Positions 53,621-64,000 of a stretch of 64,000 nucleotides of DNA are shown piece by piece. The stretch's first letter is position 1. Each line of letters begins with the position of its first letter. The notes below the pieces were generated by a model. It saw only the letters and a program-made list of their open reading frames with translations, had not been told where the DNA came from and ran no database searches. The stretch is from assembly GCA_016748015.1 (NCBI GenBank), contig JAAOMT010000522.1:1-64000 (forward strand), given 5' to 3'. The position numbers and the translations under genes are program-made. Origin of the DNA: Geosiphon pyriformis uo1 (Eukaryota; Fungi; Glomeromycota).

Positions 53621-55499
53621 TAATGCTGAAGATGCACCAAAGAACCCGAATTTATGCACAACAGATTTAACTTCCCCAAAATAGAGCCAATAGAAATCTC
53701 AAAAGCCATTATCTTAGATTTGAAACTACCAACTTTAGAGGTAAAAACTTTTGAACTGCTCAGACCCAAATTCACTACTTTTTCTTTTAATACTGAAGAA
53801 AAAAGAGAAAGAGATGGCTGTGAGACATCTAAAACCATATCAGTATTTGGTGATGCCAATGTAGAAATTGGAATGACTGGAAGTACAACTTGAATAATAG
53901 GCACCAGAAGCATCAGCTTTACACCATTTAATCTACACATAATATCTGATATCTGATTAGCTAGTAACTCTAAGGAACATTTCAGTAAAGCTAAATGGTC
54001 ATTGATTGAGGAATTGTTTTGAACAACCAGTGTGCTTTCCATAATACTTAAAGAACCAGAAAAAAAAGAACCAGATCCAGAACCAGAATCGAAATGAAGA
54101 CTACTAGAAAGAGAAGCAAGTGAGACCACTTGTGCCCAAAATTTGCCACCAAAAGCAGCTGGTTTAGAAATAGAAACACATTTTTTAGCATACAATTTTG
54201 CCAATTAGAGATGATGGTCTTCTGAAAGAACTTTTTTAACAGGTTTTGAGGGCTCAGAAATGGACAGAGTTGGTACATCACACTCCAAAGCAGAATAACC
54301 AAAATGCCCACACTTTACATAGTGAACCAAGTTCAATCTAGTCCAAGATAATTTAACATTACCAAATATCAGCTCAGTGTGATAAGCAGACTCCAAATTC
54401 TCCTCAGATTTGAAACCAACCATAATACAGTGTACTTGGTTGCCAAAATCCATTGAGCAATTAATAATGCAGGTTCTCTCACCAGTTCCATCCAAAAGAG
54501 TGCCTAAATTATGAGCAGTTGTTTCCACTGGTAAAGTAAACAGCAATGCTCTAAACCTATTTCTTGACACCTAAGTCTCACAATTACCTACAGCCATGGC
54601 CATATGCACCAAATTTTTACCAATTAAAAAAGACTATTTAGTAGCCAATTGTTTAATCTGATCTAATTCAGCAAATTTTACTACAACTTTTTGTCATAAT
54701 CTAATAAGTTGAATTTTGATCAACTTAATTTCACCAAACTCGGCTAATGCAGTGACAATCATTTCCTTTGGAGTGTCTATAAGAATTTTCTTGATAACCA
54801 CAGCCCGATTTGAACAAATTTTTTGTCTTTTAAGATTGCTGTTTATGTTGATCTCTTTTTCTTTGGCCAATAAAATGGCCCTATTTATGCTTTCTTCAGA
54901 AGTGAAAGTAGATCTGATAATCCCTTCAAATTTTGAGGGAGTAGTGCCCCTCCAAAACCATTGACTGATGAAAATATTTTTCTAATGAGTTGGGTTTTTG
55001 CTGTAACAAATTTGCCATTTACTGCCAAAAGATTAATATCCAAAGCAAAAAACTTCCTGACTGACACTTCCACTGGGACTTTAATAATTTTTAGATCAAT
55101 CCACTTTTTTTTCAAAGAGATAGACAAGTGAAGAGGAAGCATAATTTCATCATTATCTATAGTAAAATCAAGAGAGCCAAGTGGAAACCCAAAAACTGTA
55201 CCAATATTGATATGTTTTGTTTTGGGAATGGTTGCAGCCGAACCCAAAAGAGACCCATTATTTACACCAGTCATGCCAACATCCTTATCATCACCAGACA
55301 GACTATCTACATTAGAATACATACTATTACCAGACACAGATTTACTTAAAGAAATATTCTTTTCATTACCAGAGTGTTTAATATTCTCAAGAACTATTTT
55401 TTTTTTTTGAGCAAAAAAACCACTAGCAGGACCATGGAAAGCACCTTTGGATGTCTTCTTTTTTGACATATCACCATCTGAAGCAGCCTTTAAATCCAT
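53617..55499 (-). pseudogene. LINE ORF1 remnant, copy 4
   Basis: MDLKAASDGDMSKKK.., FRALLFTLP, knuckle YVKCGHFGYSALEC. Confidence 0.9.
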
Positions 55500-55914
55500 G
55501 ATGAAAGAGTTATTATTTAAAAAATATTGAAAAAACTAACAAGAAAAAATAAAAAACTTTTTTTTTAGAAAATGTACTTTTTAAAGATTTTTGAAGATAA
55601 GAGAGAAAAAAATTTTTTATTGTTTTTTTTAATGATTAAATCATATAATACACTAAGCTATATGATATTAAAAATTTTCTAAAATATTTAATAATTTACC
55701 AAAATAATTTATAATTTACAGAAATAATTTATAATTTAATGAAATATATTTTTAATTTACCAAAATATTAAGAAAAAAAAAGTGCAAAATTATAGAATAG
55801 TATTATAAGTTGTATAAAAAAAGAGCTTTTTTTTAAAAGAATATATCTTAATTAAAATTAATTTTAATAAAAACTTATTTTAAAAACATAAAAATTCTTA
55901 AATATTTTTTTATT

Positions 55915-58253
55915 AAAATTTAATAAACACAGCCCAACTACTATTTAAAAATTAGGAACAAACTAAAAATTTCAGTGTTAAATATAATTCATATGCTTTT
56001 TACATATAATTAACTACTTAAGCCAGTTTAAACTATACTATATTAATATAACAAAAGAAAACTTACTCAAAAACAACATTTTTTGAATAATATTAAACAA
56101 GATAACACTACAAATAACCAATCTAACCAGTTATTTGGCTGTTTTTAAGGAGTTAGTTTTAATCTTAATAGGCTCATATTTTCAAAAAAAAATTAAGTTA
56201 GAAAATATATTATTATTTATATTAATTAAATACTTTAAATTATTAAACATATTAATATTTTTTATGCAATACTTTTTTTTTAAAAAAACTACTTCTCTTT
56301 TCAACTTACTAATAATCTTGCTAAATGAATTATAAATTTATTAATCTTGAGATTAAGAACACTGCTTAATGTAAAATTATACTTAATAAAGTATTCAAAT
56401 ACAATAACTAATACATTAACAGGCTTAATAATAAACTTAACCAGAATTAACAACTTAATCAAATTGAATTTCAAAGATATTAGCTGAAAAGAAATCAAAA
56501 AATTACTAACAACTACAAAAGAAGAAATAAAAACCACCAAAAAAAGAAACTTAAAAAGATTTAAAGAAGCAAAAACTTTAATATAAGAAATATTACTCAC
56601 AAAATATGGTTTAAATATCTTGAAAGTCTTAGAAAAAAAAGACAGAGAAACTTTACAGTTCACAATTAGATGATCTATTTTTTGATATTTAAAACAATAC
56701 TAACAACCAGAAGTTTTTTATCAAATATGTTACTTTTTTAATACACTAGTTTTGACAACTGCAAAGTTTAAGTCAACTTAAGATTTAAATGTAATCAAAG
56801 CAAATCAAAAATAATAATCAAAATTTAAAAAACAAAAAATAAAACACATTTGGCTACCAACTTAGAGAATCATATTATTAATCTCAAAAACAATGCAACC
56901 AAAAGAAAATTGACCAATTTAGTTTTAAATCTATCTTAAAACAAAATTGTCTTTTTTTAATTTACAAAAAAAAGAATCCAAATATTATTTGTGTTCACTA
57001 AAACTAACTAGTAATTGAAAACAGATACAACAGCACAAAATTCCTTAAAGTAAACAATTATGTATTGCAAAACACCAACAGACTTCAGCACAACATAAAA
57101 AACAACACCAAAAACACCAAAAGCTGTCTTAATATTAATAGTAAACATACTTAAAAGCATATTACACAATACAATAGTAGCAGAAAAAAACCAGATTAAG
57201 AAACCACTAAAAACTTGACAATTTTAAGAGTGACCAGACAAACAAAGCTTGTAAGCTTAATTAAAAACATAGTATTCAGAAAACTTTAAAAAGCAAACTC
57301 TGTACAGAAGAGCTTTATATTGTTTTTAAAAACAAACTTCACATTTAAAAAACCATGTATAGACTAAAAAACAATCTTAATATAAACCAATTTGATATTA
57401 AAAATAGTATTAAATATCAAAATAAAGATCATCTATTTAATAAATTTTTGATAATTAGTAATAACACCAAAAACCAAAAAAAATAATAATAATTCAGTTT
57501 TTATTTAATTAGCTCAGTTCTTAAAAACAAGTGACTTAACAGAAAACTGTTGTTTTGTTTCTAAAACTGACAAAAATTTACTAGAAACTCTATATTTGAC
57601 AATACAGTTAATAATTGATTTTGGTTTATTTTGAATAATAGATTGATTAATACAACAGAGATTTTATCCAAAATCTTATTAAAAATCACAAAGAAGTTTA
57701 TATAACAATAATAAAAACAAATAATTGCCTCTACTTTTTTGAATCTTGGGTCTTTTTAACTATTTTATTAAAAGAGGTAGTGTTAACAACACTAAGTATA
57801 AAAATTATAAAAGAAAAGATTAACTTGTTAACTAGTTTATTATTAAAAATTTTTGAGCTCTTAGAGGAAATAAAAACAACACTAAAACTAATTTAAGTGT
57901 GTTTTTTTAAAAAAATTTTGATTGGTAAATAACTAATTAAAGATGAAAAAATATTTAACAGTTACTAAAAACAGCTTTTTACTAATATCTTTTAAAAAAT
58001 ATAATCAAAATATTATGTTTAGTTGCTTTAATAAAAAAAAACTTTTTTATGTTAAAATTTTATTAGTTATTATAAAAAAAGTATTATTTGTAGCTTTTTT
58101 ACTTTTTGTTTTAGTTATGGTTATAAAATTAAGAAAACAAAGAATTTTTAATTTTTTCTTAAATATTTTTGTTTCAAAATTAATTATTTTATATTAATAT
58201 TTTGAAATTAATTAATTAACTTTTAAGCCTGAATTTAAAAAGACTTTTTTAAT
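55915..58253 (-). mobile_element. ORF1-only non-autonomous non-LTR element (HAL1-like) sharing the LINE 3' tail
   Basis: The 3' UTR at ~55980-56045 aligns to the LINE 3' UTR. One decayed ORF1-type frame and no APE or RT. Candidate TSD atatttttttatt (55902-55914) / acatttttttatt (58254-58266). Confidence 0.72.
56038..58118 (-). pseudogene. Divergent LINE-ORF1-like protein (~690 aa; RRM-like regions, CCHC knuckle, helical C-terminal extension)
   Basis: Minus-strand reading: ATIVLCNMLL..IKTAFGVFGVV..YIIVYF..DRFKTKLVNF..VGSQMCFI..FALITFKS..CFKYQKIDHLIVNC, continuing into track ORF 56301-56663. Confidence 0.7.
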
Positions 58254-60405
58254 ACATTTTTTTATTTTTATTTTTTTTAATTTATTTTTTTTATATTATT
58301 AAGTAGTTTATAGTTAAAATTTTTTATGAAAAAATTAATTTTTACAATAAAATAACTATATATATTTTAAAAAATTTACAAATAAAATTTTTTTGTAAAA
58401 GAATTAATTTTTATTGCAAAGTAATTATACAAATAATTAATACAGAATTGATTATTCTCTTATAAGTCTAACAGCATAAATAGTTTAAAATATAAATACT
58501 TTAAAAAAAAATTAACTTATTGAAAATTTATTAAGTTCTATTAATATCAAAATTACTAGCAAAATAATATTAACTATATTTAGAAAAGAATAGAAAAATT
58601 TCCAATAATATTTAATACTTTCTTAAAAATAATACAACAATAATTAAATTAAAGTAGTAATTATATCAGATATAACAACTCTAAAGTATTATTAATCAAT
58701 TTATATCTACAGTAAATAATGATTTAGAAACCAAAATAAAATTATAACTTTTAAAAAAAATTTTTTTTAATATATTAAAAACAACAATATCACAAAAATT
58801 TAATTTATTATTCAAACAAAGATCTAAAAGTTATTAATGCTAATACTTATACTATTTATTTTAAAAAACTTAATTACAATATTATCAAGTTTTGTAAAGA
58901 AAGATATTTTATTAATTTACAATTTGTTTTTAAACTTAAATTTCAATTTGAAATTAACAACAAAGACAAAAAAACACTTAACCAGTTTATACAATTTTTA
59001 ATACATTAAAAACAAATTTTTTAATATTTACAAATACTTAAACAAGAAATCAATTTTAAATTACTATTTTTAATTACATTTTTCTCAGCTTTGTTTGTTC
59101 AAATACAAATATCTAATTTATTTTTTAACTAATTTTTAAGACCAAAAAACTTTATCAAAAATTTAAATTAACAGTCAAAACTAATTTAATCTAGTACTAA
59201 TCTTCTTGATTATTTAACAGAAAACTAAAATAAATATTTAGAAATATTAATTTACAAAAAAAACATTTTTGAATTTATTGAAAAAAAAATAAAACATAAA
59301 AAAAATTATAAATGATAAAATAATAAAGAAATGACTACTTATATTGCAAAAATTTTTAAATTCTCTAAAAAAAACATTAAACCAGTTCTTAAAAGTGGCT
59401 TGACCAAGTTACTAAAGCAAAAAACACAAATAAATAAAATATAATAAAAATATTAAGAACAATTCTTCATTTTTTTAAAAATATTTTGGCAAATAATTCA
59501 AAAACTTGGCTGCTTTTTTTGCAAAATATTCAATTTTTAAAACTGCTTTTTTTAAACAGTTTATAAACAATAATAATTTAATTATTCTTCAAAACAATTT
59601 TTGAAACATTAAATAAAAACTATTAAAATCTATTATAATTTATATTAAAAAGTTTAACAAATTTTTTAAAAAAATTTATTAGCTTAAAATAAATACTTGC
59701 TATTCTAATTTTTAAAATTTGAATTAACTTATTACCAATTTAAAGAATAAATTAATCAAAAAAATTTATTTACATGCTTTAACAGATTTAAATACTACTA
59801 TTTAACATATTAAAAATTATAAAATAGTTATGAAAAAAATATAATTGCCAAAAAATACAAAAAAACCAATAAAAACAGAATAATAAACATTATTTTTTTC
59901 AATAACAATAATTTTATAATTCATTATTATTTATTTACTATTCTTTAAAATCTTAGTCTACTTATTATCAGTTTATTTTATAATAACTATAATAATATTA
60001 TTAATTATTTTTAAATTAAAATTATTAACCATTAGCAAAAAAATTAGTTTAACTTAACCAATTTACTTTTCAAAATTGTTTTTAAATTAATAGTAGCAAA
60101 TTTAATTTCAATAATCAATTAGTATTTTATAATAACAATTAATAGCTATTTAGATATTTTTATATTTAATAAGTTATTTTATAATACTAAAAGATTAGAA
60201 TTTTTATTATATTGTACTTTAAAAAGATAGAACTATAGCATAATTACAAAACTTTATTTTTTAATTACACAATAATTTTACTAACAAAAATAGCCAAAAA
60301 TGCCAATATTTTAGATATATTTTTATTTGAATTTAAAGCAAATAAATTATTGTTCTTATTTAGCAATATAACAACTTCTTAAAAAAAGTTATTACAATAA
60401 TATAT

Positions 60406-63400
60406 TATTACAAATTAGAATAACAAGCTAACAGATAAAAAGAAAGAACAAAATTATAGGATAATAAAAATAATTAAAAAAAAATTACAATAAAAAAACA
60501 AATTATAGAAGTAAATAATTACTTCTTAAATTAATTCTAATAATACAAACTAAAAAAAAATAAGATATGTAAATACTAACAAGTAATTTTTTATTCTAAA
60601 ATATTCAAATACTTAAAAATAGAAAAAAAAAGAATAAGTAATATTAAATAAAGTTATTAATAATAAGTTTTATTTTATTACTTTAATCATGTTTTTTTAT
60701 AGCTAAAAGACTTATTGCTTATATAGCTATTAAAAATAGTTAACAACTAAATTAGTAACTAAGTCAATAATCAAATTAATAATCAAATTAATGATTAAAT
60801 TAATAGTTAGATTATTAATCTGATTAATAATTACTATTTAAAAATAGAGTAATTAATTATATAATATTAGTGACTAATACATATAATAACCAATAAAAAC
60901 TATAAATTTTAATCATAATATTATTCTTTTCAAAAAAATTAAGCTCTAGTAAAATTAAGTAATTTATAAGATATTCTAACTATAAAAATTTGTTTAACTC
61001 AAAACTAACTAGTTTGTTAAAGTTTTTTGTAAATAGAGTATATAATATCTAAAATAAAATAAGTTTTATGTTTAAGAAACTAAATTTTTATATAAAAATT
61101 TTGGCTTTTTTTGTAATAATTAAAACTTTGAAAATATCTAACTATATAATACTTATAATTTTCATCTGTATTTTAAAATTTGTTTTTTTATAAGCTTTAT
61201 ATTTTCTATAATTTCATTAAGTAATTATAAAACTTTAGTTGTTTTCTATATAATAGGTTTTTATTTATGAAAAAAATATGTTTACAATTATGTTTTTAAA
61301 CATATATTTATCTATTTTACTGTTAATTTTTTCTTTTCTGGTAGTGGTTTTTTTTGGTTTAATAACAGTATATGTCTTATTATTATCAATTACAATAATC
61401 TGTTTTTCAATTATTAATATAGTGTTTGAATAATTTTTAATTTAATACTTATAAAAAATATAAAAAATGGTTTAAATATTTTAATTCAAGAAATTATTAT
61501 TTATATTGATTAAAGATATTTTTGTTTTGGAAATAATATATTTATTAAATCTGATTTTTATTAATTATTTGAATTAATATTACTACAACAAATAACTAAT
61601 CAAATTATTTGTGATATTTTGTAAGTTGTATATTATAAACAGAACAATTATTAAAGATTGTTTTATAATAATTTTATAAGATATAAAAACTATTGTTCAA
61701 AATTTTGTTGACTATAAAAAGTTTTTTTTATTGGCTAAAAAATTTATTATTATAAATATTGTCTTTGTTTAAACAGTATTTTAAAATTAAGTTACCAACA
61801 CTTAAAAAAAGTGGTTTATAAATTTTTTTTAAGCTTCTTTTGGAACTGTTTTATTTTTTCAAAAACAATTATTTATGTTTCTATCAATAAATTAAGAATA
61901 GTATCAAGTCTTTTTTGCAAAATGTCTTTGTAATTTTCTATTGTGATTTTTTTAAAAAGTATTGTTTTAATATCTGTTTCTATTAATAAAATTGTCATTT
62001 ATTTATAGAACAGATAAAAAGATTCATAATTTATTATGTTATAATTTATAGTTTTATAAGCAAATAAGACTAAAAACAATATTTTGTTCTATAAGTTTGT
62101 TTTTTTACTAATTTTAGTTAAAATTTTATATAATGTTCTATTAAAATATTTTACTAAGTTATTTGATTAAAAATAAAAAAAAATTTTATAATATTATTAC
62201 TAAAAGTTTTTAGTCTCTTTCCTTAAATATTATTAATATCTGTTTGTTATGAATTTATATTTTTTAAAAGTAGCTGAATTTTTGATAACTAAATTTATCA
62301 TCAAATTATTTTTTATAATTTAAACTGCTAGTTTTATAAATGAAATGGCCAATTTTATGTCAGTTATTTTATGTAGTTATTTTATAATAAAAGTCTATTT
62401 TTTCTTAAAAATTGTTTATCTAGAAGCTTACTAAAATGTGTAATTATTTTTATTGTAAAAATTAACTCTTTTCTAAAAATTGCTTATTTGGAAGCTTACT
62501 ATAAAAATCAATTTTTTTACTTCAATAATTATATCAAAAAAAGTAAAAAAATATAAAAAAATATAAAAGAAATAGAATTCTGTTAAAAAAATTATTTTCT
62601 GTTTAGGTTTAGAGTTATTAATAAATTACTAAAATTGGTAATTAATTAATTTCAAAATGTTAGTTAAAATTTTGGTAATACTTTAAGTGCAATTAATTAA
62701 TAAATTTTGTATTTTTTAAATATTTGGTTTTTATTTAATTTATACTAAAAACTTATTATAAGAAAAAATAATTTTAAGATAAAAAAAATATATTTTTTTG
62801 AAAAGAAAAGCTCTTCTTTTATACAACTTGTTATAATACTAATCTATAAATTTAAACTTTTTTCTTTGCTATAATTTTAACAAACTAAAAATACATTTCA
62901 ATAAACTATAAATTGTTTCTGCAAATTATAAACAATTTTGGTAAATTATTAAGATATTTTATAAATTTCCACAAATTTTAGTAAATTCTTTGAATATTAT
63001 AGAGTTTGTAGTATTGCATAATCTGATTATTACAATTGTGTATTATATAAATTGGATTATTAATTAAATAATAAGTAATAATTGAAATAATAATAATATA
63101 TGCTAATTAATAATAAAAATTATAAAGATAATTTCATGATAATTAATGTCTAAAATTCTATTAGTAATAATATATTCTTATTTTTTTACAAAGTTTTTTA
63201 ATTAGTATACTAAAAAAAGCTTTTTTCCTATTAAATAAAAATTTTTTTGAGCAATCATAATAATAAATAATATTTTTATAAATAAAATTGGCTATAAAGA
63301 CTGTTGTTTAGTCTGAAATAGTTTTTATTTTTATTCACTTTATAAAATAATTAGTAATTGGAATAATATATTTGTTATTAACAAGTATTATTAAAGATTT

Positions 63401-64000
63401 AATAATATTTATACCAATTCTATTAAATAATTAATCAACAAAAATTAGATAAATATTTTTTGTACAATTGAAGATTTTTTTTGGAAAATATTACAAGTTT
63501 TAATGTAATTAGCAATGTTTTTTCTTAAGATAAACTAATAATAACAAGTAAGTATTTCTGAATTGTTTTTGTTTTTTTAAAGTATCTAATTAATAGATTA
63601 ATATACATATTATAAATTATAATTTCTTTTTTTTTAAGTTTAATAACTTTTAAAAAAGTATTTAACAATAATATTAATAAATAATTTACTGTTTAAGATT
63701 AAATTAATAAAATAATTAATTATTTAGGTTTTACAAATCAAAAGAATAATAATAATATTATTAATAAATCTAACTTAATAAGAATATTTATTGTTTTTTA
63801 GTGTTTTTTAAAATTAAAAATTTGTGAAAATTTTTTTTAAACAATAAATAGATTATTAATTAAGATTTTTATAAAATTTTTAATAATAGAATAAGAACTA
63901 AATTTTTATATTATTTTTGAAAATTTTAACTTTGGAAAATTTTTTAAAACTTTAGTTTTTAGTAATTTATTATTATTAAAGTAAAAGTTAAAAATTAATC
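60406..64000 (-). mobile_element. Second family A Gypsy copy (3' LTR 60406-60920, PPT, ORF3, integrase; runs off the window end), very decayed
   Basis: Reverse complement matches 12751 back to ~9900, e.g. aactaactagtttgttaaagttttt vs 11967-11990 and agtatactaaaaaaagc vs 10702-10718. Confidence 0.88.
62195..63169 (-). repeat. Solo LTR of family B inserted in the family A integrase
   Basis: Reverse complement of 13130-14080, termini tattac...gtaata, TSD ATAT at 62191-62194 and 63170-63173. The integrase sequence rejoins exactly across it. Confidence 0.88.

Larger units (their letters stand above)
48814..55610 (-). mobile_element. LINE copy 4, full-length, decayed
   Basis: Colinear with copy 3. 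Candidate TSD aattttttatt at 48800-48810 and 55611-55621. Confidence 0.93.
48733..60405 (+). mobile_element. Second family B Gypsy copy, very decayed; LTR split into 48733-48813, 55611-55914 and 58254-58610; gag 58611-60405
   Basis: 48733 matches the LTR start at 13130. 55630-55860 matches 13290-13560 (tgtataaaaaaagagctttt). 58300-58720 matches 13780-14190. 60290-60403 matches 16023-16138. Confidence 0.75.

Noticed and set aside
26992-55410. Numerous plus-strand ORFs within LINE copies 2-4 (possible antisense genes)
   Set aside because: They are short and not consistently conserved between copies, as expected for shadows of the minus-strand ORFs.
744-64000. Alternative genetic code (TGA/TAG read as Trp) explaining the in-frame stops
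   Set aside because: Stops occur at different positions in different copies, include TAA from Gln, and accompany missense transitions in catalytic motifs, which indicates mutational decay.

Overview
A very AT-rich, CpG-poor eukaryotic window that is almost entirely a nested graveyard of transposable elements. I found no intact host gene, rRNA, tRNA or CRISPR array. The element families and intron style resemble a Glomeromycotina/Mucoromycota fungus such as Geosiphon; this is inference from recalled protein similarity, not a search. Contents: (1) Four copies of one ~6.8 kb LINE family with ORF1 (RRM-like + CCHC knuckle) and ORF2 (APE-RT-RNase H-zinc finger): 744-13129 (+, interrupted twice), 25482-32321 (-), 39464-46291 (-, best preserved) and 48814-55610 (-). 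(2) Two non-chromoviral Ty3/Gypsy families with 4-bp TSDs. Family A (full-length at 5104-12751, second copy from 60406 on the minus strand) has an extra ORF after integrase. Family B (13130-~19975, a second split copy at 48733-60405, a solo LTR at 62195-63169) has a Cys-rich domain and a dUTPase between protease and RT. (3) A decayed hAT transposon at 34220-37644. (4) Two intron-containing pseudogenes: a Myb/SANT-like protein and a coiled-coil/REase/kinase protein. (5) The most unusual item: a 2.3 kb non-LTR element at 55915-58253 that encodes only a divergent ORF1 but carries the LINE family's 3' tail hairpin and target-site type, i.e. a HAL1-like non-autonomous partner. All elements show heavy C>T/G>A decay, including outside CpG. 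Translations and alignments were done by eye; boundaries in the most decayed parts are approximate.
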